DNA from: Bacillus subtilis subsp. subtilis str. 168
GTDB taxonomy: Bacteria > Bacillota > Bacilli > Bacillales > Bacillaceae
Reading direction: 5' to 3'
DNA length: 32,000 bases
Assembly: GCF_000009045.1 (NCBI RefSeq)
Contig: NC_000964.3
Location: 3,750,001 to 3,782,000 of the forward strand
Of this stretch, positions 1-9,170 are shown in pieces (positions within the stretch are counted from its first letter, which is position 1; every line of letters begins with the position of its first letter). A program made the translations under genes and the position numbers. The notes under the pieces were generated by a model that saw only the letters and a list, made by a program, of their open reading frames with translations, searched no databases and had not been told where the DNA came from.

Positions 1-677
1 CGCTGTTTATGGTTGCGGGCTTACTTGTTTCGTTCTTGATAAAAGTGCCGCAAAGTAAGGACAGCGGCACGACTGTATTCCGTTTTGCGTTCTCGGATAT
101 GTTTGAAAAGGGCGCACTCAAAATTGCGACGGTCGGTTTGTTTATTTCTTTCTGTTATTCAACAGTCACATCATATCTGTCTGTATTCGCCAAATCAGTT
201 GACCTTTCGGATATCAGCGGATATTTCTTTGTTTGTTTTGCGGTGACAATGATGATTGCACGCCCGTTCACAGGGAAATTGTTCGACAAAGTCGGACCGG
301 GCATTGTCATTTATCCATCAATCCTGATTTTCTCTGTCGGACTCTGCATGCTGTCCTTCACACATAGCGGCTTAATGCTTCTGCTTTCAGGGGCGGTTAT
401 CGGTCTTGGCTACGGATCAATCGTTCCTTGCATGCAAACATTGGCGATTCAGAAATCTCCGGCTCACCGCTCCGGTTTTGCGACGGCAACGTTCTTTACC
501 TTCTTTGACAGCGGAATTGCTGTAGGATCGTATGTATTCGGATTGTTTGTAGCATCTGCCGGCTTCTCTGCCATTTATTTAACAGCGGGGCTGTTCGTTT
601 TAATTGCTCTGCTTCTCTACACGTGGAGCCAGAAAAAACCTGCAGAGGCTGAAGGAAAAGTGTCTATTGCAGAATAA
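1..677 (+). CDS. ywoG: MFS transporter, 5' end truncated by window (YwoG-like)
   Basis: Open frame to 677; multiple hydrophobic helices, [13 protein letters not shown]-like loop; followed by a strong terminator. Confidence 0.85.
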
Positions 678-684
678 CTTGTCA

Positions 685-714
685 GACTGCCGGGAAATCC
701 CGGCAGTCTTTTTT
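685..714 (+). terminator. Rho-independent terminator after ywoG
   Basis: GACTGCCGGG-AAAT-CCCGGCAGTC followed by TTTTTT. Confidence 0.9.
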
Positions 715-720
715 CCATTA

Positions 721-753
721 AAACACGGCGCCCTCTCGGTTGAACGAGAGAAC
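721..753 (-). terminator. Terminator downstream of ywoF
   Basis: Minus strand GGCGTTCTCTCGTTCAACCGAGAGGGCGCCGTGTTTT; CTCTCG/CGAGAG stem extended by GGCG/CGCC. Confidence 0.65.
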
Positions 754-767
754 GCCGCTTATAGCAA

Positions 768-2174
768 TTATTCAATGACAGGCCGCGCAGGTGAATCAGG
801 ATCTAACGAAAAATCATAGGACGCTTCATCACGAAACATCGGATCGGCATATATGGATTGTTGATCGTTTTTTGTTGCTTTTCGATACGAAGAAAATGAA
901 TCATATTCTTTCTTTTTCCACATCCATATGCCGTCTTGATCCGCTTCCTTGTGGTACACGTTATGATTGACCGTATTACCTTCGTTTTCTGTAAAGTCGT
1001 TTCCGATAAATAATCTGGAATCACCGGCCGTCAATATATTCTTTTCAATTGTGTTGTTTTTCGTATCGTACTGCAGCAGCAGCTGTCCGCCGTACAGTCC
1101 CTTTGTGTCATTCCGGTACATAATATTGCGGGCAATCAGAGAATTGCTGGTGCCGCCCCGCTTTTTGTCATATCCTCCGATTGAAATACCGGTGTACGCA
1201 TTGTTGTACACTTTGTTGTCTGTGATCTGAATGGCATTTGCATACTTTCCTTTGTGTTCAGACGTTGCTTCAATCCCAATATCGTTATCGTAAACTGTGT
1301 TGTTCTTAATTTCGATATCGTGTCCTCCATCGACATAAATCCCGCCCGCTGAGTATTCATCTCCATAAGCAGGATTGCCGTAAGTCGAGTTTTGATAAAC
1401 TGTATTGTTTTCTACGACTCCGTTTCGCACGTAATCGTTTTTATCCGCGGTTCCCTCATAACCAATTAGATCAATCCCGATGTTATTATTGTTGCGGACC
1501 ACATTGCCTGCAACTGTGAAGCCGTCGATATTACCGTTCAGCACAACTGCTTCACTCGCTCCAAGCGTCAGTTTCTCAACTGTATTGTCCTCGATTCGGA
1601 TGTCTTTCATGCTGCCAGTCCCATAAACTGCGATTCCGTGAGCATTTCCTTCATCCGCTGTTGTCTTAATCCCCCGGATGTGATTATCCTTAATGGCGAT
1701 ATGACTGCTGGACCCTGATACATAAATCCCTATAGCAGTTGCTTCCTCAGATGAAACAGAAAGATCTTGAATTGTTAAACCGCTGATGGCAATGTCATGT
1801 TTATCGTGAATACGAATAAGCGGTGTTTCATATTCAGCGTTCGCAACGGATTCACCGCTAATCACGACGTTTTCATTTTCATAGTTTCGGAATGTGATAG
1901 GCTTTCCGTCCGTACCGCTGTGCTTTACATCAAGGGTCTCATGATACGTGCCCTCCCGAATCATGACAGTTGTGCCGGCAGCAGCCTTCTCAGATGCGTG
2001 TGCCAATGTACGAAACGGCTTTTCTTTTGTTCCTTCATTTTGATCACTGCCATTTGGCGAAACATACAGATAATCCCCAGATCCTTCCTCATTCGCTTTT
2101 GTCTTATCATAAACGAAAGCGAGGATGACAGACGTTAAAACACCCGCCAAAAGAATAAAATACCATTTTCTCAT
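768..2174 (-). CDS. ywoF: Secreted/anchored right-handed parallel beta-helix protein (pectate-lyase-like fold)
   Basis: 468 aa from MRKWYFILLAGVLTSVILAFV signal/TM segment; repetitive G-x-D-I-x-I-x-x-N-x-V repeats typical of beta-helix. Start chosen at MRKWY rather than the upstream M at 2249. Confidence 0.85.
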   Translation of the reverse strand: MRKWYFILLAGVLTSVILAFVYDKTKANEEGSGDYLYVSPNGSDQNEGTKEKPFRTLAHASEKAAAGTTVMIREGTYHETLDVKHSGTDGKPITFRNYENENVVISGESVANAEYETPLIRIHDKHDIAISGLTIQDLSVSSEEATAIGIYVSGSSSHIAIKDNHIRGIKTTADEGNAHGIAVYGTGSMKDIRIEDNTVEKLTLGASEAVVLNGNIDGFTVAGNVVRNNNNIGIDLIGYEGTADKNDYVRNGVVENNTVYQNSTYGNPAYGDEYSAGGIYVDGGHDIEIKNNTVYDNDIGIEATSEHKGKYANAIQITDNKVYNNAYTGISIGGYDKKRGGTSNSLIARNIMYRNDTKGLYGGQLLLQYDTKNNTIEKNILTAGDSRLFIGNDFTENEGNTVNHNVYHKEADQDGIWMWKKKEYDSFSSYRKATKNDQQSIYADPMFRDEASYDFSLDPDSPARPVIE

Positions 2175-2279
2175 TTTCGATTCCCATTTCGTTTTAGAAT
2201 AGATTTCTAAAACCATTATAAATGTTCTATTTATGGAAAACCATTTCAAAAATATGAAAATATACCGTCTAAATAGATC

Positions 2280-3752
2280 TTATTCAGCCTGGCGGACCTG
2301 CGCATGTTCAACTGTTTCAATTGCCAATGATGCAGGCGGGTGAACACGCATCAGAACAATGTAGAAAAGAAAGGAAATCAGCACACCTACAAACCAAGAA
2401 ATATCGTATAAGCTCTTCAATACAGGAACATACATGCCAATCAGCGAAATCAGCGCTCCTAACATTGTGGCTGCAAACGCACGGTAATTGTAGCCCTTCC
2501 AATACACATACCGTCCTGTTTCGGAATACAGGTCATCTACCGAGAGCTCACGTTTGCGAATGATAAAATAGTCGGCCATCATCACGCCTGCCACCGGTCC
2601 AAGCATGCCGCCTATTAAGCCAAGAAACGCATACACGCTTGTCGCGCTCTCCATCAGCTTCCACGGAACCGTAAATAAAGCGAGCAACGCTGTGATAAAG
2701 CTGCCACGTTTGAAATTGATATATTTCGGCAGGGCATTCGCTATATCATAAGCGGGTGATACGATATTCGCCGCGACATTTACAGAGATCGTGGCGATGC
2801 AGAGTGTGATCACGGACAAGACGATGACATAAGGGTTATCAAACCGCGCCAAAATATCGACAACATCCCAAATCGGCTCTCCGAACGCGACCTGCGAGCC
2901 GGAGGTCACCGTAATACTTGCGAATGCGAACAGCGCAAACGTTCCCGGCAAACCGTAAAATTGTCCTTTGATTTGCTCTTTTTGTGTTTCAGCAAACCGT
3001 GTAAAATCAGGTATATTTAAGATCAATGTCGCCCAGATGCCGATGATGCCAGTAACTCCGGCAGCAAACGGCCAGAATGTTTCTGAAAACGTATGAAACT
3101 TTCCTGGTTGAGAGTATATCGGGCCCAATCCTCCAGCAATATCAACGGCCCACCATACCATGCCGCCAAATACCAGATACACTAAAGGCCCTGCCCACAC
3201 CTCAAAACGTTTAATCGACTCCATGCCGTGATGCAATACGAGTAAATGAATGGCCCAAAAGAATACAAAGGAAAGCAAACCGGACAAGTGAATGCCGAGA
3301 ATGTTCCACTCGCCGCCAATTTCTCCCCAACCTGGCCACATATTCAAAAGCAAAATGTTCAGTGCCGTGCTACCCGCAAAGGTCTGGATGCCAAGCCACA
3401 TGATAGCTGTAAACGCCCTTAGAAGCGCGGGGATATTCGCGCCGTATATCCCGTAAGAAGCCCGAATGATCACTGGAAACGGCAGCCCGTATTTTGTCCC
3501 CGCATGGCCGTTTAAGGCAAGAGCGCCAAATAGGATAAGTGATGCCGTAATAATGATCGCCAGCACCTGCCAAGGCGAAAGGCCGATCGCAATTAATCCT
3601 CCCACGGTCGCGTAGGTCGGTATGTTATGTATACATCCCATCCAAATGGAGGCAAAGTTCATTGCTTTCCACGTCCGTTTTTCCTGTCCCAAAGGCACCA
3701 GATCTTCATTGCTCAGCCTGTTGGATTGCTGCTGACTCTCTTTTAATTTCAT
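2280..3752 (-). CDS. pucI: NCS1-family allantoin/hydantoin/purine permease
   Basis: 490 aa NCS1 family protein (alias ywoE), many TM helices; RBS AAAGGGGAG upstream of ATG. Confidence 0.9.
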   Translation of the reverse strand: MKLKESQQQSNRLSNEDLVPLGQEKRTWKAMNFASIWMGCIHNIPTYATVGGLIAIGLSPWQVLAIIITASLILFGALALNGHAGTKYGLPFPVIIRASYGIYGANIPALLRAFTAIMWLGIQTFAGSTALNILLLNMWPGWGEIGGEWNILGIHLSGLLSFVFFWAIHLLVLHHGMESIKRFEVWAGPLVYLVFGGMVWWAVDIAGGLGPIYSQPGKFHTFSETFWPFAAGVTGIIGIWATLILNIPDFTRFAETQKEQIKGQFYGLPGTFALFAFASITVTSGSQVAFGEPIWDVVDILARFDNPYVIVLSVITLCIATISVNVAANIVSPAYDIANALPKYINFKRGSFITALLALFTVPWKLMESATSVYAFLGLIGGMLGPVAGVMMADYFIIRKRELSVDDLYSETGRYVYWKGYNYRAFAATMLGALISLIGMYVPVLKSLYDISWFVGVLISFLFYIVLMRVHPPASLAIETVEHAQVRQAE

Positions 3753-3791
3753 AGCCGGCTCCCCTTTCCATATTGTCTATATGTCGTCACA

Positions 3792-3818
3792 CGTTATGTT
3801 TTTTGACATTAGATGTCA
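3792..3818. promoter_or_regulatory. Candidate TnrA/GlnR-like box (3792..3808, one mismatch) overlapping a perfect 6-3-6 palindrome (3804..3818) upstream of pucI
   Basis: Minus strand TGTCA-N7-TAACG versus consensus TGTNAN7TNACA; TGACAT-TAG-ATGTCA. Confidence 0.5.
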
Positions 3819-3898
3819 CTTAATATAACTGAAGAGTCAGACAATAACACTGGCTATGATATACAATTTTCCCGTTTGTATTTGAACAGCTTAAACAA

Positions 3899-3937
3899 GA
3901 AAAAGAGACAGACCTCAGAGCCCGTCTCTTTCTTAAG
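3899..3937 (-). terminator. Terminator at the end of ywoD
   Basis: Minus strand AAAGAGAC...GTCTCTTTTTCTT stem-loop overlapping the ywoD stop. Confidence 0.75.
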
Positions 3938-5294
3938 ATGCAGTTTTCATTAATGCAGCAAATCTCACAGCCATTAACAGGCTTGCTCCGCCCGCTATAA
4001 TCATAATGATTCCCATCATATCAAAATGGGCTGCCGTGATTTCTTTACCAAAAAGAATGCCAAGGATCACCGAAGACAAAATCGATCCTAGGTAACGGCA
4101 GGTTTGAAACAGGCCTGAAGTCGTTCCTACCATGTTGGAAGGACTCGTTTCCAGCATCGCTGCCTGAAGCGCGACATTGCCCAGTCCGTAGCCTATACCC
4201 AAGAGCGACAGAATGAGGCCTTTACCGATGGTCTGGACATTGATAAAAAAGATGGTTAAGAGCACGGCTCCAGCCGTCATCAAAAGCGCTCCCGCAAAGA
4301 TCGGCTTGACGACACCAGATCGGTCGATCCATTTGCCGGTTAGAGGTGACACAACGATGCTCATTCCAGACATAAACAGCATAAACAGGCCGCTCGTTTG
4401 AACAGAAAGATGCATTTCATCCTGAAAGTAACTTGGCAAACCAAAAAATAAACAATAGAAGAAAACATTCAATAAAATAAACTGAACATACACGGCTGAC
4501 AGGTTTCGCTGTGTTTTAAACAGACGGACATCAATAAACGGCTTATCCGTTTTCAGCTCGCGCCAGACAAACGCACAGAGCAGAAGCAAGCCAAGCACAC
4601 CTTCAACCGCATGCGGCGACGTGCTGAACGACAGCAAAAAGGATAGAAGGAAAATGATTCCCCCGGCAAATAAAACAATTCCAAGAATATCGAGCTGCCG
4701 AATAATGGTTTTGATTCCTGCCCCTTTTTTCTGATCTTTCGGGAACATATACAGGCCCAATAAGAAGCTGAGGATAATAAACGGCAAATTAACGATAAAG
4801 ATCGCCGGCCAGCCTCCCCATACAATCAAAAACCCGCCGGCTGTCGGCCCCAGCGCCGTCATGGCGGACGCAAAAATAGAGAGTACAGCCAAGGCTGAAG
4901 CTTGGCGCTCATGAATATGATTCCGAATCAAGCCGACACCTGACGGATAAATCGCACTGCTCCCCACCGATTGAAACAGCCGCATGACCAATAATGTCAT
5001 AAACGTCGGCGCAAACGGCGCCCCGATGGCAGAAACCGCAACAAGAATAAGCCCGAATAAAAACAAGCGTTTCCGCCCAATCAAATCACCGAGCTTTCCC
5101 GTTACGGGCTGCGCTACGGCACTCGCCAAGTAAAACGAGGAAATCAGCCAGGAAACCGTTGTAAACGAGAGGTGAAACTCATGCTGGATGCTATGGAGCG
5201 CAAGAGAGATCATAGACGAGTTCAGCGGATTCAGCATTGTTCCCGAAGCCACAGCTGTTAAAAAAACAGCTCGGCTTTTTTTCGATAACATCAT
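3933..5294 (-). CDS. ywoD: MFS drug efflux transporter (14-TM DHA2-like)
   Basis: 453 aa, GKLGDLIGRKRLFLFG motif A; start overlaps ywoC stop by 4 nt. Confidence 0.9.
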   Translation of the reverse strand: MMLSKKSRAVFLTAVASGTMLNPLNSSMISLALHSIQHEFHLSFTTVSWLISSFYLASAVAQPVTGKLGDLIGRKRLFLFGLILVAVSAIGAPFAPTFMTLLVMRLFQSVGSSAIYPSGVGLIRNHIHERQASALAVLSIFASAMTALGPTAGGFLIVWGGWPAIFIVNLPFIILSFLLGLYMFPKDQKKGAGIKTIIRQLDILGIVLFAGGIIFLLSFLLSFSTSPHAVEGVLGLLLLCAFVWRELKTDKPFIDVRLFKTQRNLSAVYVQFILLNVFFYCLFFGLPSYFQDEMHLSVQTSGLFMLFMSGMSIVVSPLTGKWIDRSGVVKPIFAGALLMTAGAVLLTIFFINVQTIGKGLILSLLGIGYGLGNVALQAAMLETSPSNMVGTTSGLFQTCRYLGSILSSVILGILFGKEITAAHFDMMGIIMIIAGGASLLMAVRFAALMKTAS

Positions 5295-5860
5295 TTCACT
5301 TGTTCCAGAAACTCTTCCGTTGTCCGCGATTTACCGATTCTCGGGAAAATAAAGCGCAGTGTGGCTTCATGCTCTTCATCGCTAAATGTGGACATGGCAT
5401 CTGTAATAAAAATCTGCTGATAGCCAAGCTGAAATGCCTCCCGTGCTGTGCTTTCCACCCCGATATTCGTTGCGATGCCGCACAATACAATCGTATCAAT
5501 GCCGCGACGTCTCAGCTGCAAGTCTAAATCTGTGCCAAAAAAAGCACCCCATTGCCGTTTTGTCACAGTATAATCGCCATCCTGCACACCGATTTCCGGA
5601 ACAAATTCGGCCCAGTCCGCCGGCATTTCCCCTGAACCTCCCTGCGCAGGCTCATCCGTTTGCGGCTTCAGGGCGTCCGCTCCATCATGAAAGGCTACAT
5701 TTACAAAGCTGATGAACCCGTTATGTTTCCGAAATTCATCTACGAGCTTTTTCGCGTTCGGGACAACCTGGCCGCTTTGATCAATCGGCACAATTCCCTT
5801 TTGTAAATCAATGATAACCAATGCTGTTTTTTGAAAATCAATGTTGAGTGTATTCATCAT
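5291..5860 (-). CDS. ywoC: Isochorismatase-family cysteine hydrolase
   Basis: 189 aa from MMNTLNIDFQKTALVIIDLQKG; catalytic D..K..C pattern (LCGIATNIGVESTAREAFQLGY). AGGAGGAGACGT-ATG RBS supports this internal start. Confidence 0.9.
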   Translation of the reverse strand: MMNTLNIDFQKTALVIIDLQKGIVPIDQSGQVVPNAKKLVDEFRKHNGFISFVNVAFHDGADALKPQTDEPAQGGSGEMPADWAEFVPEIGVQDGDYTVTKRQWGAFFGTDLDLQLRRRGIDTIVLCGIATNIGVESTAREAFQLGYQQIFITDAMSTFSDEEHEATLRFIFPRIGKSRTTEEFLEQVK

Positions 5861-5966
5861 ACGTCTCCTCCTGATACTGTTAGTGTTTCTCACATTGCAT
5901 ATTTTACTCTTCACACTGCCTAAGTTCTTTTATGATGCTTGTGAAATTCTCAGAAGGAGCGTTTTC

Positions 5967-6047
5967 TCATGATTTTTCTTTTATGTAGTAGTAACAGGTT
6001 GTGCATACGAACAAACCGGCAAGCACTGTAATCATAAAGGGCGTCAT
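5967..6047 (-). CDS. Candidate small hydrophobic protein (26 aa), translationally coupled to ywoB
   Basis: Manual translation MTPFMITVLAGLFVCTTCYYYIKEKS*; ATGA overlap with ywoB stop; AGGTGA Shine-Dalgarno 7 nt upstream. Below the size cutoff of the supplied ORF track. Confidence 0.55.
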   Translation of the reverse strand: MTPFMITVLAGLFVCTTCYYYIKEKS

Positions 6048-6508
6048 CGCTTCATCACCTGCCTGCTGTCTATCGGTTCCTGCCTGAAAATGCCCATGAA
6101 TTTGCGGCGGTCCATCCAAAGCAGGATAAGACACATAACCATTAATATCGTGCTAAGATCCTGCACGCCAATATCAAAACAATAGTTAATCAAGACGATG
6201 TTCACAATAATGGGCATAAAAATAACCGCCCCTAATGCAGCCGTTCGCGGAATCAGTAATAAAACAGCTGCCAGGATTTCACCAAAACCTATAAACAGTT
6301 CATAGACATGAGAATAACCGAAAAATGTCCACGCGATCGTAAACCCCTTCCCGGCAGCCGCCTCGATTTCAGGCGTCACCTCGCCAAACTGGCCAATTAC
6401 CACTTTCGCCAGACCGTACACGAAAAAATTAAAGGCTAAAAACAATCGGAACGTCGCGGGAATCGACTTGCGTACCGCTTTCCTCAGCCTGCCGCCTTTA
6501 TTCATCAT
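6044..6508 (-). CDS. ywoB: DoxX/DoxD-like small integral membrane protein
   Basis: 154 aa, four hydrophobic segments; RBS GAGGGGG upstream. Confidence 0.85.
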   Translation of the reverse strand: MMNKGGRLRKAVRKSIPATFRLFLAFNFFVYGLAKVVIGQFGEVTPEIEAAAGKGFTIAWTFFGYSHVYELFIGFGEILAAVLLLIPRTAALGAVIFMPIIVNIVLINYCFDIGVQDLSTILMVMCLILLWMDRRKFMGIFRQEPIDSRQVMKR

Positions 6509-6548
6509 ACATCCCCCTCAGTGTATTATTTGATGTAGTACACTTAAT

Positions 6549-6577
6549 ACAGTATAGAGTATTCTAATTAATGTCAA
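6549..6577 (-). promoter_or_regulatory. SigA-type promoter for ywoB(-smORF-ywoC-ywoD)
   Basis: TTGACA-N17-TACTGT read on the minus strand. Confidence 0.6.
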
Positions 6578-6687
6578 TTCCCTTTTCAGCTCATATGAAT
6601 AGTTTCTTTTATAGATACAAAGTCTTATATCGCAAAAAATGCCATTCTCCTTCCTTTCCATCCCTCGATAACATTTCTCAAAAACCA

Positions 6688-6704
6688 TGTCAGGAAATCT
6701 TACA
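6688..6704 (+). promoter_or_regulatory. TnrA/GlnR box for nrgAB
   Basis: Exact TGTNAN7TNACA match TGTCAGGAAATCTTACA, centred about 49 bp upstream of the predicted start site. Confidence 0.93.
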
Positions 6705-6732
6705 TGAAAATGTTTTATCATTCTTTTTTCTC

Positions 6733-6738
6733 TATAAT
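6733..6738 (+). promoter_or_regulatory. SigA -10 box of nrgAB
   Basis: TATAAT; no good -35, consistent with activator dependence. Confidence 0.85.
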
Positions 6739-6789
6739 GAAGAAATATAATAATTGCTTTTTATTCTGAAAGATACGGAGGAATGAGAC

Positions 6790-8004
6790 ATGCAAATGGG
6801 CGATACAGTTTTTATGTTCTTTTGCGCTTTACTCGTGTGGCTGATGACCCCGGGATTAGCGTTATTTTATGGAGGAATGGTAAAGAGCAAAAATGTGCTG
6901 AGCACTGCCATGCACAGTTTCTCTTCCATTGCCATCGTTTCCATCGTTTGGGTGCTGTTCGGATATACACTTGCCTTCGCACCAGGCAATTCAATCATCG
7001 GCGGGCTGGAGTGGGCAGGCCTCAAAGGGGTCGGATTTGATCCGGGAGATTACAGCGATACCATCCCCCACTCGTTATTTATGATGTTCCAAATGACGTT
7101 CGCCGTTCTGACTACAGCGATTATTTCCGGGGCTTTCGCAGAGCGGATGCGATTCGGCGCTTTTCTTTTATTCTCGGTTTTATGGGCCTCTTTGGTTTAC
7201 ACACCCGTAGCGCACTGGGTATGGGGCGGCGGCTGGATCGGCCAGCTTGGAGCGCTCGATTTCGCTGGCGGCAATGTTGTTCATATTTCCTCCGGGGTGG
7301 CAGGACTTGTTCTTGCCATTGTGCTCGGCAAACGGAAAGACGGTACAGCGTCTTCTCCGCATAACCTCATTTACACCTTCTTAGGAGGAGCTTTGATTTG
7401 GTTCGGCTGGTTCGGCTTTAACGTCGGCAGCGCATTGACCTTAGATGGTGTGGCCATGTACGCGTTCATCAACACAAACACCGCGGCTGCAGCCGGGATC
7501 GCCGGCTGGATCTTAGTAGAATGGATCATTAACAAAAAACCGACAATGCTCGGAGCGGTATCTGGGGCAATCGCCGGGCTTGTCGCCATTACGCCGGCTG
7601 CCGGATTTGTCACACCGTTCGCTTCCATTATTATCGGCATCATCGGCGGAGCTGTTTGTTTCTGGGGAGTATTCTCGCTTAAAAAGAAATTCGGATACGA
7701 CGACGCGCTTGACGCCTTTGGCCTGCACGGGATCGGCGGCACATGGGGCGGAATCGCAACAGGATTATTCGCAACAACCTCTGTTAACTCAGCGGGCGCA
7801 GATGGGTTATTTTACGGTGATGCAAGCTTAATCTGGAAACAAATCGTCGCCATCGCCGCCACTTATGTTTTTGTATTTATTGTCACTTTCGTTATTATTA
7901 AAATTGTAAGCCTCTTCCTTCCCCTTCGCGCAACTGAAGAAGAAGAGTCACTTGGGCTTGACTTAACGATGCACGGGGAAAAAGCATATCAAGATTCTAT
8001 GTGA
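6790..8004 (+). CDS. nrgA: Ammonium transporter AmtB/NrgA
   Basis: 404 aa Amt family protein (FFCALLVWLMTPGLALFYGG, LHGIGGTWGG); alias amtB. Confidence 0.98.
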   Translation: MQMGDTVFMFFCALLVWLMTPGLALFYGGMVKSKNVLSTAMHSFSSIAIVSIVWVLFGYTLAFAPGNSIIGGLEWAGLKGVGFDPGDYSDTIPHSLFMMFQMTFAVLTTAIISGAFAERMRFGAFLLFSVLWASLVYTPVAHWVWGGGWIGQLGALDFAGGNVVHISSGVAGLVLAIVLGKRKDGTASSPHNLIYTFLGGALIWFGWFGFNVGSALTLDGVAMYAFINTNTAAAAGIAGWILVEWIINKKPTMLGAVSGAIAGLVAITPAAGFVTPFASIIIGIIGGAVCFWGVFSLKKKFGYDDALDAFGLHGIGGTWGGIATGLFATTSVNSAGADGLFYGDASLIWKQIVAIAATYVFVFIVTFVIIKIVSLFLPLRATEEEESLGLDLTMHGEKAYQDSM

Positions 8005-8015
8005 GGAGTGACGCT

Positions 8016-8366
8016 ATGAGCGGTCAAATGTTCAAGGTAGAAATTGTAACGCGTCCGGCAAATTTTGAAAAGCTGAAGCAGGAACTCGGAAAAATCGGAG
8101 TGACCTCTCTGACTTTCTCCAATGTACACGGCTGCGGCCTTCAAAAAGCACATACGGAGCTCTATCGAGGGGTAAAAATAGAAAGCAATGTATACGAGCG
8201 TTTAAAAATAGAAATTGTGGTCAGCAAGGTTCCTGTTGATCAAGTGACAGAGACCGCTAAAAGGGTGCTGAAAACGGGATCACCAGGTGACGGTAAAATA
8301 TTTGTCTATGAAATCAGCAATACGATCAACATCCGCACAGGCGAAGAAGGACCTGAAGCACTTTAA
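8016..8366 (+). CDS. nrgB: PII-like regulator NrgB (GlnK/GlnB)
   Basis: 116 aa from MSGQMFKVEIVTRP; PII family (KIFVYEISNTINIRTGEEG); GAGGAG RBS upstream of this ATG. Confidence 0.97.
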   Translation: MSGQMFKVEIVTRPANFEKLKQELGKIGVTSLTFSNVHGCGLQKAHTELYRGVKIESNVYERLKIEIVVSKVPVDQVTETAKRVLKTGSPGDGKIFVYEISNTINIRTGEEGPEAL

Positions 8367-8375
8367 TATCGGTAC

Positions 8376-8405
8376 GAGATTCGGACACTCCGGATCTCTT
8401 TTTTT
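8376..8405 (+). terminator. Terminator after nrgAB
   Basis: GAGATTCGG-acact-CCGGATCTC followed by T-run. Confidence 0.85.
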
Positions 8406-8488
8406 GTGCACAGAATCCCCCCAGAAACCGCGATTCCTCTTCGAATTCTCTTCAAGCGCCGTTATTTCAGACAATCTCTATTTTTATT

Positions 8489-8517
8489 TGAAACTTTTCA
8501 TGAGTAAGATTAGTCTA
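8489..8517 (+). promoter_or_regulatory. ECF sigma-type promoter (SigM/W/X-like) of bcrC
   Basis: TGAAAC - about 17 nt - AGTCTA; bcrC is known as an ECF sigma-controlled gene. Confidence 0.75.
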
Positions 8518-8546
8518 CTAAATATAAAAATGTAAAAGGTGATTAT

Positions 8547-9128
8547 TTGAACTACGAAATTTTTAAAGCAATCCATGGACTATCTCATCACAATTCAGTT
8601 CTCGATTCCATTATGGTCTTCATCACGGAATATGCCATTGTCGCCTATGCCCTTATCCTATTGGCAATCTGGCTGTTTGGGAACACACAAAGCAGAAAAC
8701 ATGTGCTATACGCAGGCATCACAGGAATTGCAGGCCTTGTGATCAACTATTTGATTACGCTTGTTTATTTCGAACCGCGCCCGTTCGTTGCGCATACAGT
8801 GCATACACTGATTCCGCATGCTGCGGATGCTTCATTTCCAAGTGACCATACGACAGGTGCATTAGCGATTTCTATTGCGATGCTTTTCAGAAACCGCAAA
8901 ATCGGCTGGCCGCTTGTCATTTTTGGGCTTTTGACAGGCTTTTCGAGAATTTGGGTGGGACATCACTATCCGGTAGATGTATTGGGCAGCCTCGTTGTCG
9001 CCATCATTATCGGGTTCCTTTTCTTTAGATTTTCAGATCTGCTTCGCCCGTTCGTCGATTTGGTCGTGAGGATCTACGAAGCCATTATCAATAAACTGAC
9101 GAAAAAACCAACCGATCAAAATTTCTAA
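8547..9128 (+). CDS. bcrC: Undecaprenyl-pyrophosphate phosphatase, PAP2 family (bacitracin resistance)
   Basis: 193 aa; PAP2 motifs PFVAHT, PSDHTTGALA, GHHYPVDVLGS; TTG start after AAAGGTGATTA. Confidence 0.96.
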   Translation: MNYEIFKAIHGLSHHNSVLDSIMVFITEYAIVAYALILLAIWLFGNTQSRKHVLYAGITGIAGLVINYLITLVYFEPRPFVAHTVHTLIPHAADASFPSDHTTGALAISIAMLFRNRKIGWPLVIFGLLTGFSRIWVGHHYPVDVLGSLVVAIIIGFLFFRFSDLLRPFVDLVVRIYEAIINKLTKKPTDQNF

Positions 9129-9136
9129 GAAAGACA

Positions 9137-9170
9137 AAAGCCGGCGTCTGAAATCAAGACAGCCGGCTTT
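9137..9170. terminator. Bidirectional terminator between convergent bcrC and ywnJ
   Basis: AAAGCCGGC...GCCGGCTTT. Confidence 0.8.
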
